Part shown: piece after piece, positions 39,932 through 48,681 of the stretch
Layout of the letters: each line of letters starts with the position of its first letter
Numbering within the stretch: the stretch's first letter is position 1
NCBI GenBank assembly: GCA_001825665.1
Contig: MHXZ01000042.1
Coordinates: 35,599-99,598, forward strand
DNA length: 64,000 bases
From: Planctomycetes bacterium GWF2_41_51
GTDB taxonomy: Bacteria; Planctomycetota; Phycisphaerae; Sedimentisphaerales; UBA12454
Direction: 5' to 3'
Made by a program: the position numbers and the translations under genes
The notes under the pieces: model-generated
What the model was told of the DNA's origin: nothing
Database searches by the model: none
The model's input: only the letters and a program-made list of their open reading frames with translations

Positions 39932-39942
39932 TATCTTACAAT
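39914..39942 (+). promoter_or_regulatory. Sigma70-like promoter of the kinase/regulator operon (TTGACA-17 nt-TACAAT)
   Basis: Hexamers at 39914-39919 and 39937-39942. Confidence 0.55.
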
Positions 39943-40009
39943 GAAAGTCATGATTCAGCGTCTTCTTGCAATTTTCCGATACAAATTTGGGTAAAAGCAG
40001 GCAGGAAAG

Positions 40010-41449
40010 GTGAAAAACCAAACGAAAAAACTAAAAGATATGACCACAAAGCTTGGACGCACCCAACAGATGCTGGATGTGAGCGAAGATAAATACCGGC
40101 AGCTTGTAGAGAACGCTGATTGTGTTATTCTTCGCATTGACAAAGACGGCAGAATAACTTTCTTTAATGAATTTGCCCAGAAGTTCTACGGTTATACTGA
40201 GAAGGAAATTCTTGGCAAAAATATTTTTAGAACAATCATACCAAAAGAGAATAGCTTAGGTCATAACCTCGTGAAAATTGTCCGAGACATCAAACGCCGG
40301 CCTGAACTTTATGCCGCCTTCGAGAATCAGAATATTTGTAAAGACGGCCGAAGAGTTTGGGTTTCCTGGGCAAACAAAGCAATTCGTGATGAAGATGGTA
40401 AAGTCATGGAAATCCTTTGCGTCGGCCATGACATCACCCAGCGCAAGCAGATGGAAAACGAGCTGCAGTTATTGGCTGCTGCAGTGCGCAACTCCAATGA
40501 CGCAATTACAATATTGGATTTGAAAGGCAGCATCATCTCGTGGAACCACGGTGCCGAGCGTATATATGGATACAGCGAAGATGAAGCAAAGAAGATGAAT
40601 ATCGACAGGCTAATCCCCGATCATAAGCAGAACGAAATGATGTTACAGGCTGAAAGAGTACTAAAAGGGGACAATATCGAATTTTTTGAAACACAGCGAA
40701 TTGCAAAAAATAACCGGATACTGGATATATCACTTACCGTAACGTTATTGAAAGATGAAAACGAGAAACCATTTGCTATTACAACCACCGAACGGGATAT
40801 TACTGAACGCAGACGGCTGGAAAAAGAAATCCTGGACGTAACCGAAAGAGAAAGAGAACTTATAGGTCAGGAACTGCACGATGGCATGGGTCAGGTGCTT
40901 ACCGGCATCGCTGTCAAGTGCAAAGGATTGGCATTGAAACTTAAAGACAAAGCTTCAGAAGAGATGAAAGATGCCTTATTGATATCAAAACTTGCCAACA
41001 AGGCGATAGCTCAGACTCGAGACTTGGCCAAGATGCTTTATCCTGTCGATATTCAAACAGGGGGCTTGGTATCTGCATTAAAGACACTTGCGTCGACTAC
41101 AGAAAAAACCATGGAAGTAAATTGTAGATTTCGCTGTGGAAAATCTGTCTCGGTTAAAAATCTTGTTGAGGCAAAACAAATCTATCGTATCGTTCAGGAA
41201 GCGATTACTAATGCGGTCAGACATGGCAAAACATCTACTATCAACATAAATCTTCGTTTGACTAACAAAGGAACTGTTCTGTCAATTGAAAATGACGGCC
41301 TGGATTTTCCGAAATTATCACCAAACAGAAAAGGGTTTGGATTGAAAATTATGGAATACCGCACCGACCTGATAGGCGGCTATCTTGATATTCGTAAACG
41401 CGGCAAAGGCGGAACAATTGTGACATGTACATTTCCGAACAGAGGATAG
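40010..41449 (+). CDS. Cytoplasmic sensor histidine kinase: PAS-PAS-HisKA_3-HATPase (NarX/LiaS type)
   Basis: Two PAS-like blocks. The H-box is ELIGQELHDGMGQVLTGI and the ATPase N and G boxes are EAITNAVRHG and GFGLKIMEYR. No TM segment. The start codon is uncertain (GTG 40010 or ATG 40040). Confidence 0.85.
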   Translation: MKNQTKKLKDMTTKLGRTQQMLDVSEDKYRQLVENADCVILRIDKDGRITFFNEFAQKFYGYTEKEILGKNIFRTIIPKENSLGHNLVKIVRDIKRRPELYAAFENQNICKDGRRVWVSWANKAIRDEDGKVMEILCVGHDITQRKQMENELQLLAAAVRNSNDAITILDLKGSIISWNHGAERIYGYSEDEAKKMNIDRLIPDHKQNEMMLQAERVLKGDNIEFFETQRIAKNNRILDISLTVTLLKDENEKPFAITTTERDITERRRLEKEILDVTERERELIGQELHDGMGQVLTGIAVKCKGLALKLKDKASEEMKDALLISKLANKAIAQTRDLAKMLYPVDIQTGGLVSALKTLASTTEKTMEVNCRFRCGKSVSVKNLVEAKQIYRIVQEAITNAVRHGKTSTININLRLTNKGTVLSIENDGLDFPKLSPNRKGFGLKIMEYRTDLIGGYLDIRKRGKGGTIVTCTFPNRG

Positions 41450-41473
41450 TGATTTTTAATAAAGAGTGGTTAT

Positions 41474-42163
41474 ATGGCATTAAAGAAAAAACAAGATAAC
41501 ACTCCTGAAAAGAAAACACAGATTCTTATAGTTGACGACCATCCTATTGTACGAGATGGACTTGCCTCAATTATCAATCACGAACAAGACCTGAATGTAT
41601 GCGGCGAGGCTGAAGATGCGTTTCACGCCCTGAAAGCTATTGAGGAATTGAAACCGGATGTCGTTGTTACCGATATTTCCTTAAAGAATTCAGATGGTAT
41701 TGAACTGACAAAGAGTATTAAGGCAGGACACCCAAAATTGTTTGTCATAGTCCTTTCCATTCACGATGAATCCGTATATGCCGAGCGAGCTCTTTTAGCA
41801 GGCGCAAAAGCCTACCTGATGAAGGATGCTGTTTCTGACAATATTGTCCAGGCGATTCGCACAGTTCTAAATGGTGAGATATTCGTTAGTGACAAAATTT
41901 TAAAGAAGTTCCTCCACAAAATTGCAGGCAGCAATACTGGTACTGCGAAAACGCAAATAGATAATCTCAGCGACCGTGAATTAGAAATTTTCCGCTTGAT
42001 TGGAGAGGGTCTAAAGGCTTCATTGATAGCTAAACAATTGCATTTAAGCATAAAAACGATCGAAACTTATCGCACACGCATTAAAGAGAAATTAGATATC
42101 GTCAATGCATCTGAACTCCTCCAGTATTCAATAAGATGGGCAAAGAGTCAGGACAGAGAGTGA
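41474..42163 (+). CDS. NarL/FixJ-family response regulator (REC plus LuxR-type HTH)
   Basis: ILIVDDHPIVRDG...DISL receiver. The C-terminus carries LSDRELEIFRLIGEGLKASLIAKQLHLSIKTIETYR. Confidence 0.9.
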   Translation: MALKKKQDNTPEKKTQILIVDDHPIVRDGLASIINHEQDLNVCGEAEDAFHALKAIEELKPDVVVTDISLKNSDGIELTKSIKAGHPKLFVIVLSIHDESVYAERALLAGAKAYLMKDAVSDNIVQAIRTVLNGEIFVSDKILKKFLHKIAGSNTGTAKTQIDNLSDRELEIFRLIGEGLKASLIAKQLHLSIKTIETYRTRIKEKLDIVNASELLQYSIRWAKSQDRE

Positions 42164-42443
42164 TTGCATCTGGAAACGCAGTCCTTAAGATATAACATCT
42201 CTTAACAACATATTGGAAATAAAATTTACCTTTGTTTCGCAATCCACCTACACAAAGATAAGGGAATTCATCTACAGCAAAAGCAGACGCTACGCTGGTT
42301 TACACAGGCAAAGCTTATATTATTATCATGAGAAAGCCGTATGGCAAATATGGATGCGTTAGACAACGGCCGGTTTTAATGTTTTACATGTCTTTCAGAA
42401 TTTCTAAGGGGCAGGTTTGTTAATAAAGCAAAAATCTGGTGCA

Positions 42444-42872
42444 ATGACGGAAAAGAACAAAGTTCATATCCTTGTTGTCGATGATCATCCAATCGTACGT
42501 GATGGATTGGCACAGTTGCTTAATCTTGAAAAGGATTTTGTTGTTATTGCTAGGGCCGGCAATATCGCAGAAGCCGCCAAGGCTGTGAGAAAACACCGAA
42601 TTGATTTGGCGATTATAGATATGCTGCTTCAAAATGAGACAGGTGTTGAGGTTATCAAAAAGATAAAGCCGCTGTGTCCAGATCTGATTGTGCTGATGTT
42701 TTCTATGAGTGATGATTCCGAATACATCAAACAGGCTTTTGATGCAGGGGCAAGAGGATATATTACCAAGGATGAGTTGTCTGAAAAAATTATGGATGCG
42801 ATAAGACAAGTGCTTGATGGGCGGATTTATCTTAGCAGGAAATTAGCCAAAAAATTTAACTTAACAAAGTAA
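42444..42872 (+). CDS. Stand-alone receiver domain, paralog of the NarL-type regulator lacking the HTH
   Basis: ILVVDDHPIVRDGLAQLL...DMLL. It ends in the linker (RIYLSRKLAKKFNLTK*). Confidence 0.75.
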   Translation: MTEKNKVHILVVDDHPIVRDGLAQLLNLEKDFVVIARAGNIAEAAKAVRKHRIDLAIIDMLLQNETGVEVIKKIKPLCPDLIVLMFSMSDDSEYIKQAFDAGARGYITKDELSEKIMDAIRQVLDGRIYLSRKLAKKFNLTK

Positions 42873-42899
42873 TGAAGAAGTATGAAAGGATTATATAAA

Positions 42900-43190
42900 A
42901 TGGCTTTCTTAACAGTGAATAGTATAAAATTTAACTCTGCGGAAAACGAAGGGCTTTGCCCGATTTGCGGAGAAGTTATGAAGGAAGTGGATAGAATGAA
43001 GGAAGGACCGCACTTTTTTATATGGTTTAAGTGCAGAATAGAAAATTGTTACGGTCAATGGCTGCAAAAACGACCTGTTAGACAGGCACAACCTATGATG
43101 ATGGTTAATAATCAGGAAAAAGAATTGACTATTGGGGGAAATCAGTTTTGCCCCAGCGTTCCCTCTTCTGAATTGGAATTAATACATTAA
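42900..43190 (+). CDS. Hypothetical small protein with a CxxC...C....C zinc-ribbon-like pattern
   Basis: CPICGEVM...FKCRIENC. AAAGGA lies 9 nt upstream of ATG 42900. Confidence 0.35.
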   Translation: MAFLTVNSIKFNSAENEGLCPICGEVMKEVDRMKEGPHFFIWFKCRIENCYGQWLQKRPVRQAQPMMMVNNQEKELTIGGNQFCPSVPSSELELIH

Positions 43191-43216
43191 TAGTTGACGT
43201 TCAGCCTGTCTTTTTT

Positions 43217-43438
43217 TTATTCGTCAAGCGGTACCGAAGAGCTTTCGGAACGTTCGTCTAATCGCTGTGGGGTTTCAGCACGCCGATCGGTATTCCTGTG
43301 GACTCCGTTACAGTTGTAAAGAGGGTCATCCCAATAATCACTGCCTGTATAGTGATGGCAATCTTTCTTATTTTCCTCACCACAACTGCATATAAAGAGA
43401 GAAAACACGAATATTCCAATTAATAAAACCTTTTTCAT
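43217..43438 (-). CDS. Small secreted Cys-containing protein
   Basis: Signal peptide MKKVLLIGIFVFSLFICSC; 73 aa. Confidence 0.4.
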   Translation of the reverse strand: MKKVLLIGIFVFSLFICSCGEENKKDCHHYTGSDYWDDPLYNCNGVHRNTDRRAETPQRLDERSESSSVPLDE

Positions 43439-43543
43439 AAAACATTCCTTTATAATTCAATTATACGCTTAGAACATCCGTTCCGAGAACAGGTAAAAGC
43501 CTTTAATTTCCATCAGGAATATTTTGAAATTTAAGAAACGCAA

Positions 43544-43575
43544 ATAAAAAAAGGCCGGTTATTAGCCGGCCTTTT
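43544..43575. terminator. Bidirectional terminator
   Basis: AAAAAAA-GGCCGG-ttattag-CCGGCC-TTTT. Confidence 0.7.
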
Positions 43576-43597
43576 GATACTGATACCTTAGATTTGA

Positions 43598-44686
43598 TTA
43601 TTTTACTTCATCGTCAATCCACTGGCAGACTTCTTTTACATCCTGCAGTGTGATATCGCCCATGTGCGCGATTCTGAAAGTCTGGTCTTTCAATTTACTA
43701 TATCCGTTGCCGAAAATAGTATTATGTTTTGCCTGAACAGCTTTAATCACATCGCCGACAACTATGTCTCTGGTATTTTTAACTGTAGTCAGGGTATTTG
43801 AAGCGTATTTTTCTTCGCAGAACAGGCCGAATTTTTCTTTCGCCCAGCCTCTGACATAGTCTGCCATTGTTTTATGTCTTGCCCAAACGTTTTCCATTCC
43901 TTCTGCAAGAAATTTTTTGCACTGGTAGTTGATGGCCATAATGTGCGGAATCGACGGCGTTGTCGGGGTCTGGTCTTTGACAGCGCTCTTTTCGAATTCC
44001 TGGAAGTCGAAATAGTATCCGCGGCCGGTAATTTTCTTGCTCTTTTCCAAAGCTCGATTGCTGACGGCAAAAACGGCCATTCCCGGCGGAATTGCAAATG
44101 CCTTCTGAACAGACGCAAATACAACGTCCCAGCCGAGTTTATCGAAATGCAGCGGCAGACCGACCATACCACTGACAGCATCGACAAGCACAAGAACATC
44201 AGGATATTTTTTCTTCATCATTTCGCTGATTTCATAAACGGGATTCGTAAGGCCGGTGCTTGTTTCATTATAAACAAGCGTAATTGCAGGATATTTGCCT
44301 TCGGCCAATTTCTTATCAATCATTTCAACGGTAGTCGCTTTGCCCCAGTCAACCTTAAGCTCTTCGACATTTCTGCCGCAGGCTCTGGCAACGTCGGCGA
44401 ATTTATCGCTGAATGCGCCGCACATTGTACAAAGAACGGTTTCGTTGTGGTCAACGCAATTTCGAATACTGCCTTCCCAAACGCCTGATGCGGATGATGT
44501 ACTCAGATAGACATGCTGCTCAGTAAACAGAATTTGTTTGAGCATATCCACGGTTTCCTTGTGCAGTTGAGCATATTCTTTGCCTCTATGGCCCAGAGTA
44601 TATCTGCTCAATTGCTGCAATACATCGGGCAGGACATGCACAGGCCCGGGTATGAACAGTCTCGGCGGATTTTTCCAGTCAACCAT
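43598..44686 (-). CDS. Class-V aminotransferase (serine-glyoxylate / phosphoserine aminotransferase-like)
   Basis: PGP...TLGHRG, a VDAVSG region and SVQKAF (PLP Lys); 362 aa. Confidence 0.75.
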   Translation of the reverse strand: MVDWKNPPRLFIPGPVHVLPDVLQQLSRYTLGHRGKEYAQLHKETVDMLKQILFTEQHVYLSTSSASGVWEGSIRNCVDHNETVLCTMCGAFSDKFADVARACGRNVEELKVDWGKATTVEMIDKKLAEGKYPAITLVYNETSTGLTNPVYEISEMMKKKYPDVLVLVDAVSGMVGLPLHFDKLGWDVVFASVQKAFAIPPGMAVFAVSNRALEKSKKITGRGYYFDFQEFEKSAVKDQTPTTPSIPHIMAINYQCKKFLAEGMENVWARHKTMADYVRGWAKEKFGLFCEEKYASNTLTTVKNTRDIVVGDVIKAVQAKHNTIFGNGYSKLKDQTFRIAHMGDITLQDVKEVCQWIDDEVK

Positions 44687-44723
44687 CTTTGTTTCTCCAA
44701 AAAAGTTAGTTTATGTTTTTTCG

Positions 44724-46019
44724 TTACAGTTTATTTATTGTAAGTCCTGAAAATATCTTGGGATAAAAGAACGTAGATTTCTGAGGCATTTTTTCATTCT
44801 CCGCAGCTACGGCTCTTACCTGCTGGACTTTCGTGGGATTCATAAAGAACAAAACCTGCATTTCGCCGCTGTCAACCTTCGCGATTGCCTCATCAACAGC
44901 TTCGCCAATATCCTTTATATACTCAATATTCGATTCACCGGCAAGAGCTTCGTCGCCAATGCCTAAAATACCTTCAAGAATCAACTTATGCAATACAACA
45001 ACATCGAGAGATTTTGAAGCTGTGCTCATAGGCAATGAATCCAAAGCATTTTTATTTTTGAGCATTATGTAATAAAAACTTTTGCCATCGTAAATGCCAA
45101 AAGCATTTTCTCCCTGCTCAAAAGCTTTTGCCATCCTCTTTTGCATCAAAGACTTAGCCTTATTTTTACCTTCTTTATATTCGAACTGCGTAACTTTGAA
45201 ATTTTGCTGCAAGTTTTTAATCAGCTCATCGGTATTATAATTCATCAAATTGCCAACAAGTCTGTGAGTGGGAAGGACAACAAGGCCTTCGTTGTGCATA
45301 TTAACAAAAGCTATCATCAGCCATTGAGCGTTTGGATTTTTTGTGAGATTATAATAATTCAGGGCCGTTTCATAACGATGGTGGCCATCAGCAATTAAGC
45401 CTTCTTTTTGAGCCATCATTTTTTGAATCTGACCGATTTCCTCCGGCGAATCAATAGCAAATAACTGATGCTTTACGCCATCATCATCGACAAACTCTAT
45501 TAAACTTTTTTTCTGGGCTGCTTTCTTAATTATATTGTCCGCAATAACTTGTGAATCATCATACAGCATAAAAACAAGTTCAAACTGGGCTGCTGTCGCC
45601 ATTGTTAGTTTCAACCTGTCTGCCTTTGGACCGTCCAGAGTTTTTTCGTGAGGCTGGACACCGGAACCGAACTGAGCGAGTTTGGAAAGGGCAATAAAGC
45701 CGCTGCGCTGGTATTTTTTGCCGGCAATTTCAAATTCCTGGACATACGCGTAAATTGTTTCTTTGTCGTCCTGTTTGAGGGCGTTTTTCTTTATCCAATC
45801 ATTAAGAAAATCGGCTGCGCGGGTATATTGATTATTTTTGTCGTTGTCTGTAAGTTCTTTTTTGCCAAGGATTACGCGCACAATGTTGTGCTGGTTCTGC
45901 TGATAAAGATTATTCTGCTGGGCAGGGTTAATAACATCATAGGGCGGGGCGATGCACTTGCCGCTGTCGCCAACTACATCGGAGTTAAATCTGTATGCTT
46001 TAAATCCTTTTATTTCCAT
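44724..46019 (-). CDS. DUF1015-family protein
   Basis: N-terminal F.AYRF......G.CIAPPYDVI and the internal ADGHHRYE signature. Confidence 0.8.
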   Translation of the reverse strand: MEIKGFKAYRFNSDVVGDSGKCIAPPYDVINPAQQNNLYQQNQHNIVRVILGKKELTDNDKNNQYTRAADFLNDWIKKNALKQDDKETIYAYVQEFEIAGKKYQRSGFIALSKLAQFGSGVQPHEKTLDGPKADRLKLTMATAAQFELVFMLYDDSQVIADNIIKKAAQKKSLIEFVDDDGVKHQLFAIDSPEEIGQIQKMMAQKEGLIADGHHRYETALNYYNLTKNPNAQWLMIAFVNMHNEGLVVLPTHRLVGNLMNYNTDELIKNLQQNFKVTQFEYKEGKNKAKSLMQKRMAKAFEQGENAFGIYDGKSFYYIMLKNKNALDSLPMSTASKSLDVVVLHKLILEGILGIGDEALAGESNIEYIKDIGEAVDEAIAKVDSGEMQVLFFMNPTKVQQVRAVAAENEKMPQKSTFFYPKIFSGLTINKL

Positions 46020-46243
46020 TTCTTTAATATATCCTTAAATGAACATCGAATTCATTGAAACAGGACTGAAATATTACCAAAACATTAGTTATATTGCAAG
46101 TGGTGAATAATAAAATTACAAATATTTTTTATTAAGCACATAGTAATCACATAACAGATGTAATAAATGTTCCGTTTTTCACAATATTATTTGCTTTATT
46201 TCTTTACTATTCATTATAGAATTGTGTTATCTTTTTAAAGGAG

Positions 46244-47029
46244 ATGAATATGTATTGCCCAAAATGCGGAATAGAAAATCCTGTTGATGAGAAAATCTGT
46301 ATTTCGTGTTCCACGCCTTTGCCTGTTGTTCCCGATGAGCCGCCGCCATTTGCCAAGACGAGTGCGCTGGCAATATGGTCGTTTGTGCTGGCGATTATGG
46401 GATTGTTTACGTTTTTAATAACTGCTTTGCCAGCTATGATTTGCGGAATTATCGGCCTTGTCAAAATCAGCAAAAGCAACGGCAGATTGAAAGGCACCGG
46501 TCTTGCCATTGCGGGAATAGCGATCCCGGCGGTAGGTATTATTTTAATCCCTATTTTAGCAATAATGCTGGCGATATTGATGCCGGCGATGGGGAAATCA
46601 AGGCAACTGGCTCAAAGAATAATGTGTTCGACAAATTTATCCGGTCTTGGCAAAGCGATGCTGGTTTACACCAACGATTATAATGATACGTTCCCGACAG
46701 CGGAAAAATGGTGCGACCTGCTTATAGAGTATAGCGATGTAACGCCGCAGCAGTTGCTTTGTCCCGGAGATGTAAAATCAGATGTGCAATCAAGTTATGC
46801 TTTCAATGTAAATCTTTCCGGTATGAATATTTCAGATGTTCCACCGGATACGGTTTTGATTTTTGAGGCACCGGCCGGTTCAAATCCTGTTGGCGGGCCG
46901 GAGATTTTGAATACTCAGAGACATCAGGGCGAAGGGTGCAATATTATTTTCGCAGATTGCCATGTGAAATTTGTGAGAACAGAAGATCTGCAAACGCTCC
47001 GTTGGAAGCCGGACGAGCTAAGTGAATAA
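46244..47029 (+). CDS. Zinc-ribbon / DUF4190-like / DUF1559 (H-X9-DG) chimeric membrane protein
   Basis: The N-terminus is YCPKCG...CISC. TM segments follow with GLVKISKSNGRLKGTGLAIAG. Next comes a pseudopilin-like LAILMPAMGKSRQLAQR helix. The C-terminus FADCHVKFV is consistent with H-X9-DG family proteins, although the terminal DG is not evident. Confidence 0.65.
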   Translation: MNMYCPKCGIENPVDEKICISCSTPLPVVPDEPPPFAKTSALAIWSFVLAIMGLFTFLITALPAMICGIIGLVKISKSNGRLKGTGLAIAGIAIPAVGIILIPILAIMLAILMPAMGKSRQLAQRIMCSTNLSGLGKAMLVYTNDYNDTFPTAEKWCDLLIEYSDVTPQQLLCPGDVKSDVQSSYAFNVNLSGMNISDVPPDTVLIFEAPAGSNPVGGPEILNTQRHQGEGCNIIFADCHVKFVRTEDLQTLRWKPDELSE

Positions 47030-47430
47030 AGCAGCACGGCTCCAACGGTCCGCTCCGACTTGCGCAAATTTGTCGAAATCGCTGTTTTCAGCGTAAAAAG
47101 CGGGTATAAAAAATTAAAGTTCGATTGAGTCAGGATTAACGTAAAATAAGGAGTTATGAGCGATTTTAAAACTGTAACTATTTGTTTATAGATTACTTAT
47201 AGCGAATTTGCTAAAAATCGAAAAAAATCACGAATTTTGATGCGGTTTTGATGAAAAATAGAAAAAAATGGTGAGAAAAGTATATAAAAATGAAGCGTTT
47301 TCTATAGACGTTCAGGGTCTTTAATGGTCGGCTTTTGACGCAATTTGGTTATTCTTCATAAAGATTGCGCACACTCAGCCACCCCGATGCAAATTGACAA
47401 AGTAGACACTAAAAATGTTTAATGCCGACC

Positions 47431-47625
47431 CATCGAAGACGGGAAAGCATCCCTGCGGGAGATTAAAAATTGAAGCTCGATGTAGAATGTATATAATACA
47501 CATACATTGGAAGGCTCTGGAACGAAGAAGCACCCCCTCTGATTTTGCTTTCAAGGGTCCCCGCAAGGGGGATTGGAACAACAAAATCCTGAAGAAGCGG
47601 GGGTCTCCGCGTTGCTTCGACGAAG
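47431..47625 (+). ncRNA. Candidate structured RNA / leader upstream of the GIY-YIG-like ORF (function unknown)
   Basis: Nested helices were read by eye. These are CATCGA 47431-36 with TCGATG 47477-82, and AATGTAT 47486-92 with ATACATT 47502-08. There is also ACCCCC 47532-37 with GGGGGT 47599-604, and GATTTTG 47541-47 with CAAAATC 47582-88. TCCCC-GCAA-GGGGA sits at 47558-72 (GNRA loop). Confidence 0.25.
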
Positions 47626-47794
47626 AAAAATAATATATAAATAAAAAATGGATGCTTATATTTGTGAGCTTTGCAGTAAAAAGGAAAAAGATTACTTGTC
47701 AATAAAGTTGTTTCGTATTTTAAATTGGAAATTAAATAACATTTTGATTTCTTTAGATGTAAGAAATGCAAAATCAAAAATAGGATCAAATAGT

Positions 47795-48289
47795 ATGAAT
47801 TTTCAAAGAAATGATTTAGAAGCTTTCGGTTTTGAAGGATTTGTTAAGATTTCTCATTTGAAAACAAATGGCTGTGATATAGTTCCCAAACAAATGGGAG
47901 TTTATATTGTTGTAAATGAAAATCCCCAAAAATTTAATTATTTGAAAAAAAGTATTGGCGGGTATTTCAAGGATAAAGACCCAACAGTGAGTATTCTTGA
48001 ATTAAAAAATAACTGGGTTGATAATGCTTATGTTGTTTATATCGGCAAAGCAGGAGGAGTCACATCAAATGCAACATTGTTTAAAAGGATTAATCAATAT
48101 ATTCAGTTTGGCAAAGGAAAAAAGATAGGTCATAGAGGAGGAAGATATATTTGGCAATTGAAAGACTCTGATAATTTATTATTTGCTTGGAAGCCACTGA
48201 TAGATGAAGATCCTAGATTTATTGAATTATCATTGATAAATGAATTTACAAAACGATATAACAAAATGCCTTTCGCCAATTTAATCTAA
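47795..48289 (+). CDS. Stand-alone GIY-YIG-like nuclease-domain protein (about 164 aa)
   Basis: MGVYIVVNE (GIY-like), VVYIGKAGG (YIG-like), then LFKRINQY, GHRGGRYIWQL, IELSLINEF and PFANL in the order of GIY-YIG catalytic elements. The start at ATG 47795 follows an AGGA. The track start at 47648 is less likely. Confidence 0.5.
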   Translation: MNFQRNDLEAFGFEGFVKISHLKTNGCDIVPKQMGVYIVVNENPQKFNYLKKSIGGYFKDKDPTVSILELKNNWVDNAYVVYIGKAGGVTSNATLFKRINQYIQFGKGKKIGHRGGRYIWQLKDSDNLLFAWKPLIDEDPRFIELSLINEFTKRYNKMPFANLI

Positions 48290-48357
48290 ATGAATGTGAT
48301 TAAAAATTAATATCGAAAAATTTCTTTTATGCAGTTTTCATGGAGTATTAAATAAAT

Positions 48358-48579
48358 ATGGATGATCCTTGGATTTATTTTTTTATTTGGATTCTTATAT
48401 GTACAATTTTAATATGTGTATATTTTATCAGAAGGATTATTATTTTATCTAATGTAAAAGTTAATGGTAATAAAATAATCAAAGAAGCATTGCGCCCAAG
48501 AGTTAAAATTCTTACAACAAAAATCCCTAACAAGAAAAAATCATTACAACCTAAATATCGTAAAAAGAGTGAGGGCTGA
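48358..48579 (+). CDS. Hypothetical single-TM small protein with a basic tail
   Basis: The ORF lies in very AT-rich DNA, so coding status is uncertain. Confidence 0.25.
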   Translation: MDDPWIYFFIWILICTILICVYFIRRIIILSNVKVNGNKIIKEALRPRVKILTTKIPNKKKSLQPKYRKKSEG

Positions 48580-48681
48580 TGATTATTCGTTATCTGATCT
48601 TGAAAGAATAAACCCATAAACATAAAATTATATTAACCTCGCAATGGCAAACAAATGCGTCATCAGCATATATTATTACAT

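Noticed and set aside
47340-47640. Possible tmRNA, tRNA or group I intron hosting the GIY-YIG ORF
   Set aside because: There is no GGGG...ACCA acceptor pairing and no T-arm (GGTTCRANYCC) or tag-peptide frame. I saw no tRNA-like 5' half upstream, no group I P/Q/R/S core sequences, and no interrupted host gene. smpB is 41 kb away. The region is kept only as an unclassified structured-RNA candidate.
47648-47794. 49-codon N-terminal extension of the GIY-YIG-like ORF (contains one CxxC)
   Set aside because: The stretch is extremely AT-rich and low in complexity, with no second Cys pair. ATG 47795 has an AGGA upstream and starts a sequence typical of ~165-aa stand-alone GIY-YIG proteins. It remains possible but is the less likely start.
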